From NCBI RefSeq assembly GCF_018977255.1, contig NW_024704742.1, positions 89,964,001 through 90,028,000 of the forward strand: DNA of 64,000 nucleotides, read 5' to 3'. This DNA comes from Callorhinchus milii (Eukaryota). The position numbers and the translations under genes are program-made. Shown piece after piece: positions 11,922 through 24,172 of the stretch; within the stretch, counting starts at the first letter, position 1, and each line of letters starts with the position of its first letter. The notes under the pieces are model-generated. The model saw only the letters and a program-made list of their open reading frames with translations, did not search any database and was not told where the DNA came from.

Positions 11922-13957
11922 ACACAAAGGCACCGAAAACAGAACTAGTAAAATAATTAAATAGTCCATTATTTTACTGATACTGTATTTAGAGCCTTTG
12001 TGTGAAGCAGTTTTCAATCCTTTGTTTGCACAATTCTCCAGTTAGTCGTAGGACATCATCTCCAGGCAAACTGCTGATGCTCCTCACCATCCACTTTTGT
12101 TGGACATGTTTTATCCTTGTCAATGTACAACCCCTAGTCATCACCAGGTTGCATCATGCGTAACATATAGCAAAGAGTTTGAACATCAGCAACCAACAGC
12201 ATGAAATAAAAGTCTCCATATCCGTTTCAATAATCCAATTGTGCCCCCACAAGCTACCCTGATAGCTTATGTGCTTTATCTTTCGCAAGTGATAATAATA
12301 ACGCTTGTCTATAACATCAAAACATCTCAATGCACTTCACAGATAATTGTTATCAAGTACATTTTATAGGGAAACATAGTAGACAAGGTTCCTCAACCAT
12401 TCACCGGTGACCCGTCGGAAAATGCACACATGTGAACATGGAGTGAGGATAGGCTCTGGTTTGGCTATGAAGCTTCCATCTCTCCAGTGTTGGCAAGTCT
12501 GTAGCAATTCCCTGTCTAGACTCAAATATAAAGTGTAGACCAGGTGCCAGAGAATTGGTGGTGCCATGAAATCATTCCCCAGCAGGAACCAGCACCTTTT
12601 CGAGAGGAAATGAAAATTACGAGAGAAAATCAAAAACAAACCCGAGATTTTAATGATGATCTGGAAGATCTCTGGACTCCTTTAAGTTATGACATTCAAG
12701 TATCATGATGTTTTCCTTTTAAAAAAAATCTGTTTTAAATTTCAATGCAATTCTCCAACGTGAATAGCTGTATTATTATTATTGTACTGTTTTAATTTCC
12801 CCTGCGATAATATTTTGAACAGACCGGATGGCAATGCATAAATCTACTAATCGGAAAATAATGGGTTTTACAGTGGCAGGTATTAAACAAAAATCTAAGC
12901 AGTTATTTAGAACAGATCTTTCAACTAACTATAACCTCCTAAGGGGTTCACGGAAAAAAAGACAGGCAACTGGATGCTGTACAGGAAAGTGTGTAAACGT
13001 TATTTTCAAGGAGTTCCAAAATATGAGAAAGGTGAAAATACTCTGATTTATGCATGAATATCCTGGGCACATTTATTATATTTCAATTTGTCTGAAATCC
13101 TTGTTCGTGTAAAGACCAGGGAAGAATTTATATCCTTTGGGTATTGTTAGGTTGATGGAAAACAGCTGAAAAATCGAAACATCTGAATGACACGAATCAT
13201 CCAATATTCTCTTAGTAATAAATAAAAGTCCAAAGGCTGCTTCAAATCAGAACGACCGGCAGAAAGGGTGAAGTAATTAATTGTGCATTCTGTATTTTGC
13301 CATTTCCTAACATTTAACAATCCGTCTAGAAATTTGTTCGGTTTCCGAAGCTCATCTAATCAGTTTGGCGCGGTTAAGGGATACATTTTTCACAATTTTC
13401 AGTTGTATTCTCAGCTGTACAAATGATACACTGTAGGTATAGGGCAGGGAAAGAGCAGTGGGCAGAAGAAGAGTGTGAATAGCCCACTGTGTAGGTTCCA
13501 AAAGCAAATAATGTTGATGCAGGTTTAGCTATTGACTGTACAACATTTACACTTGTTTTCATTCCGACACTGCTGTTAATTTCACAAGCCAGTAGAGGAT
13601 GAACTAAAAGTGGTGAAATTTTAAAAAATTATCACTTTATTTCTGTAATGACCGCATTGTGCTAAAATGACTTTTAAACTAATCTACACTGTGCACATCA
13701 GAAACATCAACTGTTCCGAATCAGAATAATATCTTAATAACAGAATAATATGTAATATCTTCTCAAACACTCCCTCCCTCAGGCCAGTTCTTTCTCTGAT
13801 ATCTGACTGAATGAAGGGCAATGGGCCCCAAATCAGTTACCATAATAAATAAGTAAATGTCTGGGCCTGTTTTCCAAACCATAGATCGCTTTTAGGATCC
13901 TTTTAGAGTCCAATTTTGAGTCCAAGTTTCTTGACAGCCTCTCAGATCCTACTGTAG

Positions 13958-14270
13958 AATAATAATAATAATAATAATGATAATAATAATAATAATCTTT
14001 GCATTTGTTTTTAGCTACTTTCATGTTGGGAGGGTGTCCCAAAGTGCTTCACAGGATTTACTGTAAAGTGAAGTGACTGTTTATTTGTAGGTGAATGTGG
14101 CAGCCCAATTGTGCATAGCAATGGCCCACACACATCCATGAAATGAATGACCAATTTTATTTGGGGTACTGTTGACCAAGACATCTTGAGAAACTCCCTT
14201 CTCTTTTCAAATAGTGGTGTGGGATTTTTATTATCCAGTTAAGGCAGACAGATCCTTGTTTTTTAATATC
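13958..14270 (-). mobile_element. Deu-domain SINE 3' part with long (TTA)n tail
   Basis: Body and tail match the family. (AAT)n run at about 13958-13995. Confidence 0.8.
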
Positions 14271-14436
14271 TTAGGATGAGATCAAATGGGCAGAAAAGCC
14301 TTCTTCACCTGAATCTCTTGTGATTTTGTGATCCTGAGAGAAATGGAATGCAGGGCCTGGATTTCTACACAAGGAGAAAGAAAATTCAGGTTGAGGCTAT
14401 TTTCAAGCAGGAGTTTAATGTTCCTATTAATTTTAC

Positions 14437-14795
14437 TTTTCTTTTGGGGGGGTGGGCATCAGCCGCATGTCTGACACATACAGGAATTCATCACTATGTT
14501 TTAGAGCATCCAAACCAAGCTGAGAATTCCATGCATCCCACCTACACATGGAAATCCCAGAGATAAGTTTGTTGGCATGGAATGCGCACTCTCTCTCTGG
14601 AAGGATGCATCCTGCTTACCTAATTCCGGACATTATTAGGTGCAGGTTGGCAAGAGCCAAGGTTTGGATATCCCAGAATGTGTGTTGGGGTGCTGCTGGA
14701 GTCTAACCAGCTAAATCCGTATAGCTTGCCATTGATATCGCTGTCTGGTAAGCTTTCCTGCTGCTTATCCAGCTAGGACCACCCTACCCATTAGG
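14437..14795. repeat. Unclassified dispersed repeat of about 350 bp (other copies at 4815-5050, 32120-32412, 35430-35725, 41810-41902, 49448-49543)
   Basis: Shared motifs aattccatgcatcccacctacacatggaaa, ggaatgcgcactctct and gcttacctaattc. Confidence 0.85.
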
Positions 14796-15902
14796 TCTTT
14801 GTCTTGCAGGATTAACAGGAATTGAGTGGGATGACTCTCTATTAATTTAATAAATTCATCACTACTTAATATATTGTTTATAAGCACTTCACAAATTAAA
14901 TTAGAATAATGTGAAGAAACATAATTCAAATGTAGAGTGAAATAAATGAGTTTGGAACTGAAGTGCATTTGGTTAATATGTTCACACAATAACAAGCACC
15001 ACACAAATCATTATTTCCCAGTTATTTCTCAAGAAAAACTGCATTGCTCGTAGTTAAAAGTTAGGGGATATGTATAATTTCCTGCATATCTGACTTTCAA
15101 ATAACCCTGAAATGCACCATGAGGGAACCAAAAAGACAAGGATATGGTCTCATTACTAGGTTAGGAGTGCCATATGAAAACCTGTACTTTATGGCCTGAA
15201 TAGGCATATACAGTATATATATTTTTAAACATATAAAACTAGATATGGATGATAAATTTTCCAGCTCACTTAAATCAAACTTTGGAGCGTTAAAAGTAAT
15301 ATGTAACATCTGGGGGAGGGGGCAAGAGTGGCAGTAATTAATGCCAAAAGTTAGGAAAGGCCACTGCAGAATATAGAAGAAAGCAGGAATGAGAAAAGGC
15401 TGTCATACTCGTTTAACATTGAATAAAAACATAGATAAAAACATTGTTAGTAAGATGGGGGTGGCAGAACCAGCAATGAATGAAGGGGAGGCAGTGTGTG
15501 GGTGTTCCATGTTTTAATGCCATTTTTTACTTTCGGGCCTGAGAAACATCAGCGTGCCTTAACACTTTCCAATGCACTGTTGAATACGAATCCTAATGGA
15601 TTTTTCTGCTCACTAACCTAGCAATACTGATGCTATTTGTTGCCTTCCTGACATGTTCCTAACTGAGATCAGCTTATTCAGCAAGGAATCAGAATTAAAC
15701 TTGGGATCTTCCTTATGTATATGGCTTAGTGCCAGAGAAGGTGAATCTACCCATTGAGCTATTGTGGAGCTTACAGTCATTTTTAAACAAAGTATTTATG
15801 TGAATGGTTAGAAAAAAATACTATTTTGTAGGCAACAATATTTCACCAATTGATATTTCGACCATTACGAATGTGTGCATGTTTTTTTGCCAAGATGGCT
15901 AC

Positions 15903-16330
15903 GAACAACAACAACAACTGGGATTTATATAGCGCCCTCCACACCGGAAGGTGTCTCAGAGCACTTCACAGTAACGGATCCCGGGGCCGAGCCAGTGGGA
16001 GGGGGGGAAGGTGACCAAAGGCGCGGTTGAAAAGAAAGGTCTTCAGCAGAGACCTGAAAATAGGATGAGAGCGGGCGAGGCGAAGGGAGTGAGGAAGGGA
16101 GTTCCAGAGCCTCGGGGCATAGTGGCTGAAGGCACGGCCGCCGCGGGTGGAGCGGAGAACTCAGGGGTCAAGGAGGAGGCCAGACCTGGAGGAATGAAGG
16201 CAACAGGCACTGTTTTGAGAAGAGAGGAGGTCAGAGAGGTAGGGGAGTGCAGAGGAGTGGAGGGATTTGAAGATAAGGGTGAGGATCTTGAAGTCAATCT
16301 TCTCTGGGACAGGCAGCCAGTGCAGTACCA
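15903..16330 (-). mobile_element. L2-clade LINE 3' fragment
   Basis: Minus strand encodes LHWLPVPEKIDFKIL. (CAA)n run at the left end is the tail. Confidence 0.85.
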
Positions 16331-16744
16331 TTCACTCCACTTTAATTTTATCTACAATTTTACTCAATGATTTCTTTGTGAAAAAAAATACATTTGAATT
16401 CGCTTCTCGTGAAACAATAACACTGCAGTACAATTTAAATAGAGTTAGGGTTAAAAGTGAACTTTGGATGTCTTCCTGACGTGAAAGGTACTATACAAAT
16501 GTAAGTTATTGTTCTTGTTAATTTTGAATGAAAAGGTCTCCCCTTGTTTGAAAAGAGAATGTTATGCAACTAATTAAGGATTTTTGATGTGAATACAAAC
16601 ATTATGCAAACGGAAGAAAAAGCAGCACCTTAAAGTCACTTTCCCAAAAGAAATCTCAACATCATCCCATAAACGACTGTTTAAAATCAATGTAGGAATT
16701 CTCTGAAGTAGAACAGATGAAACGAAAATAACAGAAAAGTTGCT

Positions 16745-17082
16745 AAACTAGAGAGTTTCAATCGAGAGGCTGGGATTGTTCTCCTTAGAGCAGAGAAACT
16801 TGAGGGAAGATTTAATAGATGTGTTCAAAATGATGAGGGGTTTTGATAGAGTAGATAGGGAGAAGACAAATAGAAAGGGAAGACAAAGAGAATTGATTTT
16901 TACCCAAAAAATTATTTAGTGGTGGAAGCAGATTTGATAATGGCTTTCAAAAGGGAAAAGTTGCAGGGCTATGGGGTAAGAGCAGGCACTGGGACTAGTT
17001 AGTAGCTCTTTCAAAGAGCCGGTCCAGGCACAATGGACCGAATGGCCTCCTCCTCTGCTGTCGGATTCCATGATTCTATGTA
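16745..17082 (+). mobile_element. CR1 LINE 3' end
   Basis: Encodes ERLGLFSLEQRNLREDLIDVFKMMRGFDRVDRE. Ends ggaccgaatggcctcct...atgattctatg. Confidence 0.88.
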
Positions 17083-17198
17083 AAATCAGCAACTTTAGTT
17101 ACAATTAGCCTGAAATTCCACATAGGCTTTGCCTGAAAGACCACTTTGTTTTAAAAATTAAGATCATGTAGAATTGTGGAAAATTCTCAAAATTCACT

Positions 17199-17254
17199 TT
17201 AATTTGGAAGCTGGTTTTCCACAGTTCTTAAAAAAGAACCAGCTTCCAAATTAA
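17199..17254. repeat. Perfect 18-bp inverted repeat with 20-nt spacer (core of the MITE-like family)
   Basis: ttaatttggaagctggtt (17199-17216) and aaccagcttccaaattaa (17237-17254). Confidence 0.9.
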
Positions 17255-18519
17255 GACTGGTGTTAAAAATTTGAAAAGAAAATGGTTCTAATAGCTAAGA
17301 CTAGGAATTATTGGCTTAAGATTTGCATTCGGGAATTATGAGCATTCAGTTGTCAAACCGATAGGATAGTTGCAAAATGTTCTTCTGGTTTGTGTTAGTC
17401 CAGAAGTACTGACAAGCCATCAAAATGCAACATAACTATTTTTATCATGTTATACTAAGGATTTGCTTTGTCTGAAGGATAGCAAAATGCCTTCGTTCCA
17501 CAAATATGGTTTGAGTTGCACTTTGGAAGACTCAAACAGCAGCCTTGCTAAGTGAAAAAACACCTCCTTAAAAACACAGATCCCATTTCTTTAATTACTA
17601 CAGGAATATAACAATTTTAAAGGCCATGTTTTACAATCTTCCTTTATTGGCAGAAGCCTTCACATACAAAGCAAAACAATTAAGTCTCTGATTACTATCG
17701 GCTCCTCTGCTGCTAACTCTGCAGTCAAAAGTAATCTTGTTAATTCACCACCACAGGATCCGTTGGATTTCCCAATTGGATGGAGACTGCCAGGTTATTT
17801 TTCTCCAGAGTGACCTAAAACTATTCAATGGCCCGTTGAAAAATCTGCTTAATAACCTTGTGTAAGTACATAAAAAGGACCACATGGTTGCATAAAACCG
17901 TTTAAGTCATAAAATATTGCAATAAAACCCACAAGAACATAAGAAATGCTACACAAAAAAAGACTAAGGTCCATCGCTTTCCACCTTCCTGTCGGTCGCA
18001 TGCACATATGTCCCAAACTCTCTATGTACTAATTCCCAGAATGTTATTTGCGAAAAGACAACTATCTAATCTGTGTTTGAAAGAATCAATACTTCAACCC
18101 ATGATATGCTTGTTTCAGAAAGCTGCCCATATTGTACTAATAATGATAGATGCATCACACCACAGTATATGGCTATACAGATTAAAATGTTCTGCATGTA
18201 ACATCTTTGATGGGAATGAAATGAAAAGCATGAAAGGAATAACATATCACCAGCATTGTCGTTCATAAATAACAAACTTTGCTTGTTTTCCTCACTGCTC
18301 TGGGTTTACAAAACTTCTCATCTATGTACATCCATTTGATCCCAGTGATACACAATGCATAACACCAATCCTTCATTCCTAGGTTTATCAGTCATGAGAT
18401 TAATAACAATAATAATCCTTGCATTTGATATAGCACCTCATCACGTCAAATTTCTCAAAGCACTTTACAGAGCCAGCGACTGAATATGAGGAAGGAAGAA
18501 AAGCTGAGGATCAAACCAA

Positions 18520-18843
18520 ATAATAATCATAATAATAATCCTTGCATTTGAAATAGCGCTTTTCACGTCGGGAGGACGTCCCAAAGCGCTTCACAGAACA
18601 CACTGTAAAGTGAATTGACTGTATATTTGTGGGCGAACGCGGCAGCTAATTGCGCACAGCAATGTCCCACAAACAGTCGTAGATTGAAAATGACCAATTT
18701 ATTATTGTTTTGGGTTTTTGGAGGGTTTATTATTAGGCGTGTGGAGTAAGGAAACTTGCCCAAGGTTTCGCCCTGCCTGGAATTGAACCCAGGTCTCTCG
18801 CTTGTAAAGTGAGTGCTCTAACCACTGAGCTACAGGATTCCAC
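18520..18843 (-). mobile_element. Full-length young tRNA-derived SINE (SINE2 type) with (TTA)n tail
   Basis: Head gtggaatcctgtagctcagtggttagagc with A box and B box GGTTCAATTCC. Tail aaatgcaaggattattatt. Near-identical to the copies at 26671 and 31421. Confidence 0.92.
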
Positions 18844-20292
18844 AAATACCAAAAGCACGATATAAATGCAAGTTGCAATGGTCTTTGGCTAAAAACATGA
18901 GAAATTTCAGGCCCCAAAGCCCGAAAATTCCACCTAGTTTTAAACTGCTAGTTAACTTTACCTTAAACTTGAACATTACTCAGAATTGAGGGTTAGGATA
19001 AATTCGATTTCAATTTGGAAGCTGATTTTCCGCTGTTCTTGAAAAGAATGGACTTCTAAATTAAAAATGAATGTAAGAATTTTCAACATTTCTGCCCTAA
19101 ACTTTAAGGCAAAATGGTCTTGAAGATAAATACCACGGGCGTCTGGTTCTTGGAATAGCTTTACTGTACTGACTCTCTGTAAGGCGGAGTAAAATGCTCA
19201 AAGAAATCAATTTCCATGCAATTTCAGAACAAATTTTACTTATGAGGATTCCAGCTCCACAGAAAGGTTACGTTTTGTGTTCCAACACAATACGAACAGC
19301 ACAGACACAATTGTCTGAGTGGCCTTTGTCTGTGCTATTAATATGGATGCTTCTATGGTTCCTAAGGGGATACATTTATGATTTTTCTTGACAGACTCAT
19401 TGTGATAATTACCACAAAATCTCTCAAATTTCACCCCCACCCCCCAAACAACCACGCTCAGGGAAGACAGATAGAATTTGTAAGATTTTTGCTTAAAAAG
19501 CCAGACTTTTTAACATGTTTGCTTTTACTTACAGTTGTTTAAAAGTATGTCAATAAATAATTTTATGCTGTAAAGTCACTTCTGGCTTTGTAGAGTTTGA
19601 ACCAATTAGTTACAAAAATGGTCAGCAAGGGAGTGCAGAATGCCCTGGTGATGTTGGCAGGCAAAGGGACTAAGAGCATGAAAAGCAACAAATAGATCAT
19701 TGCTGTGTGGGAATTGGCTGCTGTGTTCACCCACTAAACACTTAAGTCACTACACTTTATAGAATATCCCTCAAAAAAAATTGGTCACGCAATCCACAAC
19801 TTTGTGAGACACTGCCGTGCACAATTGGCTGCCACGTTTCTCCCACAAAACACACAGTCACTACACTTTACAGTATATCCTGTCAAGTGCTTTGAGACAT
19901 CTCGAAGACACGATAAGGCGCTATATCAAATGCAAGGATTATTATTATAATAATATTTACAGTATATCCTGTAACCCTCTTGAGACGTCCTCCTGACTTG
20001 AAAGGATGATTATTAATGATAATAATTAACAATAATATGTGCTATAAACAGTAATAATTTTTGCCAGGGTGGTCCCGCAGGTCGATTTCATTCGCACACC
20101 CCATCCCCTTCATTTCATCTGGCCCACCCACTCCCTCCATAACTCGTAAATGTTATGCTATACTTATGGAAGGGAAATACAAATTTATGGCTTATGCAGT
20201 CTATGGACGTTTCTCAAATAGGGTATCTGGTGCTCAGCAGCCAATAGATTGGACCATCCTGATTTACACAATAATCAAAATGAATATCCTAC

Positions 20293-21385
20293 CTATTGTT
20301 GTACTTCAATATTTGTCCATTCTTTGCCCAGCTGACAACAGGCTGTGGGATTCCTTCTGCTTCACACCTCAGTACGAGCCTTAGTGTCCAACTAGCCAGC
20401 AGCACCGTTTGCCCCACATAAGCAATCACTTCTGCTGACAATGGAAATCCTTTGTCGTTGGTCTTCCGCAGAATTACTGGCATCTTAGCTGTGTGAATGA
20501 ATTCTTTAGAACTGGGCAAGTCCACCGAGGATAGTTTTGGTGTTCCTTGACCAGCAATTGTGGCTTTATGATACATAGTTTCCACTAAAGTGGAATCTGT
20601 GTTTGGTTTGGATTCATTGCCATCCAGCTGGCCTCCGGCAATCTCAGTGCTTAGCTGTGCAATGAAACGAGTAGCATACACATCCTTCAGCTCATCGGTT
20701 TGCTGTGACAGAATCCTGATAGTTTCATCTAGTCTTTCTTGATCTATTGTATATGTTAATGGAACAACAGCCTCCAGGTTGTGATCCTCCTCAGAGATGA
20801 AATCCTTCTCGATCGATTCCTGTGACTCTCTTGAATCCAGGCGATCCCTGGACCAACCTTTCATCTCAAGGAGTTTCAGGATAATACTGTCATATGGGTT
20901 GTTGTGGTTAAGGAAGAACCCATTTTTATTGGACTTGCTGCCGTTTTCTTTGGGGCTGACTGCCTCATTTAAGATTCCTTTCCCAATAATTCCCTCCTGT
21001 TTATTTGATGATGGAAATTCGATCAGTTTGTTGTTGCTTCCAAATAATTTGATCACAAAGTTTTCACGTACAGGTCCCGCCACGCATGTATAGGTGCCTA
21101 TGTTTACTGGTTTCAGGCGATTTATCTTGATGTAACCAAAATGAGTGACCATAACATGGGATGAGCTTGATAGAGGTTTTCCATCTTTCTGCCATGTTAT
21201 CATTGATTTTCTGACCCTTCGGACAGGACATCTGATGACCACAGAAGTTTTCGGGAGCAGGTACGCATACCCACCGATTGTGAATTGAAGCTTTTTCTCT
21301 TTCCTTAACTGGATATATACTTTACGAAGAGCCAGGATATGAGGTCCCGCACTTGAAATGGGCTTGTATTCCTTCCTGTTCTGCC
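20293..21385 (-). CDS. ADAMTSL1: ADAMTSL1 large internal exon, 1093 bp: first Ig-like domain, long linker, start of second Ig-like domain
   Basis: Acceptor catctag|GG, donor AG|gtagga. Reads RQNRKEYKPISSAGPHILALRKVYIQLRKEKKLQFTIGGYAYLLPKTSVVIRCPVRR... into the 317-aa ORF 20289..21242, with Ig motifs ITWQKDG, GTYTC and CEAEGIPQPVVSWAKNG. Confidence 0.97.
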
Positions 21386-22208
21386 CTAGATGCCAAAATA
21401 GACACAGAAATTAAAAGCAAATTAAATCTTGGGGAACCAGACATTGAGATTTTCCACCAATATATTTATAAATGTGTTTTACTGCACATTGAGTTGAGGG
21501 ATGTTAAGAATAACGCCACTACTCTGAAATGGACCATGCTCTACTCTCTCTCTCTCTCTCTGCCCAACACTTGAGTCAAATTTGTGGTCTGTATCATATT
21601 GATCACATTGAATGAATCAGGGGCGAACATGATTCACATCATGGCCTGTGGCATAAGTCCTAAAGATGAATTCCAAGATGCCAGCTGAACATCTTTGGAC
21701 AACTCATGTATCCCGTTAATGAAACAATGCAAGATACTGGGGTTTAGGTAAAATACTCCCAGTTTTTCTCTGACCAATCCAGGCAGTCTGAGTGTATCAT
21801 TTGAAGCTACAGGAAGTCACTTAGATGAAGGTGCAAGTCCCCTTATTAACATAGGGCGCTATGATAGGCATTCGATAAGCTGAAATCAGACACTGCTCGG
21901 AATCGTGACAGTCACATTACTTTGCCACAATAGCTGGTTCTGAAATCGATTCAAATATTCTGACCACTGCTGCAATTGTTTGTTTTAGTGATCACAATGC
22001 TGCTTCATGATTTACTGGCTTATAATGAACCAGCAACTGTTGATAATCATCACATCACATCACATCACATCACAAGCATTGAAACAAGTGAAGGATCCAA
22101 AGGTTTTGGTATGAATATCCTCATATTCAAAATCATTGGAGAAATTGATCATGCTGTCAAAACGTTCTTTTATTTTAAAACATCAGCTGCTATGGCAAAT
22201 CATTCTAT

Positions 22209-22432
22209 TCCCACGGCACTATTGGAAAATGGAAGGGAGTCTCTCCTGGTGTCCTGGCCATCAATCCCTCAAATATAATTGGTCATTCACATCATGGCTT
22301 TTTATGGGACATTGCTGTGCACAAATTGGCTGTAGCATTCACCTATAAAATATACTTTATAGTAAATCCTGTTAAGTGCTTTGAGATATTTTGATGCTAT
22401 GCTATAAGATGCTATACTGAATGCAAGGATTA
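22209..22432 (+). mobile_element. Deu-domain SINE 3' half whose tail ends at an ADAMTSL1 splice donor
   Basis: tcccacggcactatt...gtgtcctggcca...gggacattgctgtgcacaaattggctg...atgcaaggatta. Confidence 0.85.
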
Positions 22433-22437
22433 CTTAC

Positions 22438-22591
22438 TTGTGCAAGGCGCTACAGAGCAAGCCCTGACCATTGCAGGACGAGGGAGACTGTAACAATCTG
22501 AGGAATTCACAGAGATAGAAACTCCATCTTTGAGCATTTTCGTGCACACCATGTCACGCCTCTGCACGCCCTCACCACAGGTCCTGGAGCA
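22438..22591 (-). CDS. ADAMTSL1: ADAMTSL1 internal exon, 154 bp: CSRTCGEGVQRRDMVCTKMLKDGVSISVNSSDCYSLPRPAMVRACSVAPCT
   Basis: Acceptor gaccag|TGC, donor A|gtaagt. TSP1 cysteine pattern, within ORF 22430..22630. Confidence 0.96.
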
Positions 22592-23222
22592 CTGGTCACA
22601 CACGGAAAGGACGGTAAAGTTACACGCCATACCTCTGCAGCCAGTAAAAACTGAAAGCCACTGTTTTCATTCAGGAAACATCAGTCTGAGTGCTGAGGAG
22701 CTACTGACACAGTAGTGAGTGTCTTCAAAGGAGAGTTTTGAAAAGAGCTCTCATTCTTGACGTATACATGTTAGCCTGGTTTAGTTGAAAGAATTTTTGC
22801 TTCTCAATAGGTTGTGGGTTCAAATCGCATGTCAGAACTTCGAACTTTTATGGTGAGGCTGACCCTCTGATGCAGTGCTGGGGTTATGCTGCATTGTTGG
22901 AAGACCCATAAGTTATACAAAAAATGTGATCAATGTAAATGTAGGCAGCCACGTCTCCAATAACCAACTCAAATATACAGAATCCCAAATTTTCACTTAG
23001 TCTTAGCCTATTTGCCAATTTTGCCTTAAATTTTAATGTGATGCAGAATTGTGAGAAAATTCTTAATTTCAGCCATTATTTGGAAGATAGTATTCCACAA
23101 TCGGGCTTCCAAATAAAGACCATATTTTAAGAATTTTCCTCACTTCTGTGTCACAATAAGCTTTAGGACAAAATGGTTTTGCATGCTAGATTGAATTCCA
23201 GGCCTACAGTTGGTAGTCCTAC

Positions 23223-23402
23223 CTGTAACCATTTAAGAGGCCACCATTCAGCAGGGCAGTCTACAATCCCACAGATTTTCTGGGTATTCGGTTTGGGGGA
23301 TGAGCACAATTCCTGTCTTAGATCCAAGAAGCTGCCATCGGCCTTTCTCTGTTTGCACAGGAGTTGTTGCACCTGAACACCACCTCCACAGCTGCGAGAA
23401 CA
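23223..23402 (-). CDS. ADAMTSL1: ADAMTSL1 internal exon, 180 bp: CSRSCGGGVQVQQLLCKQRKADGSFLDLRQELCSSPKPNTQKICGIVDCPAEWWPLKWLQ
   Basis: Acceptor ttttgtacacaag|TGT, donor CAG|gtagga. Phase 0-0 TSP1 exon, overlaps ORF 23163..23372. Confidence 0.96.
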
Positions 23403-23647
23403 CTTGTGTACAAAAGAAAATTTATTTTACAAACGTTATAGCAAAGAGTACAATTATCCTGAATTCTTCAGTGGGATATTGCCAAATGCTTCCCTTCCCC
23501 CTATCCCAATCATACCCTGGTAAATAGATAAGCTACAGAGAAATATCATCTTAACGTTAACTTACCAGTCTTATATTTTCACAGCATTTATCTACCCAGT
23601 TAATACTGGCAGAATTGAGAACATGTCCACACTTCCAATTCACACTA

Positions 23648-23772
23648 ATCATAGAATTTTACAGCCCATTCAGCCCATCGTGCTTGTGCCAGCTATCTGA
23701 AAGAGCTTTCCGTTTAGTCCCACTCATTTCCTCATACTCTATCCTTTTATATTCTTTTCTTGTTCCCTTTTC
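23648..23772 (-). mobile_element. Short CR1 3' tail fragment
   Basis: atcatagaattttacagcccattcagcccatcgtgcttgtgccagc matches the reverse complement of the 16745-17082 end. Confidence 0.7.
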
Positions 23773-23784
23773 ATAGTGATGAGT

Positions 23785-24172
23785 TGTCAGCCTTAATCAA
23801 GGCTGTGTGTTCAAGGTTGTGAGTTCAAACCCCTAAATTGGGATTGTAAACTCACAATCTGGGCTGACACTCCAATACAGTGTTGTGGAAGGTCCTGTCA
23901 TTCAGATGAGTCGTTAAACTGAGGTCCTCTCCTCTCGTTCAGGTGGAATTAGAGATCCCATGACACTATTCAAAAAGAGAAAGGAGTTTCTCTCAGTGGT
24001 CCCTAAGGGTCAACAATCCCCCAGATAAAAATGGTCATTCACTTCACGGCTGTGTGTGGGGCATTGCTGTATGCAAGTCTGTTAATAGCCTACAAAAATA
24101 CACTACACTACTATACTTTACAATGTGGTTTTGAGACATCCTCCCAATGTGAAATGCAAGGATTTGTTATTA
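23785..24172 (+). mobile_element. Deu-domain SINE
   Basis: cagatgagtcgttaaactgaggtcc...gatcccatgacactattc core plus tail. Confidence 0.8.

Noticed and set aside
13374..13562. Minus-strand ORF as a possible extra exon
   Set aside because: The flanking exons already join in frame to complete the Ig domain, and the translation has no ADAMTSL similarity.
20797..21093. Plus-strand ORFs overlapping the large exon (also 20061..20384)
   Set aside because: Antisense shadows of the ADAMTSL1 coding sequence.
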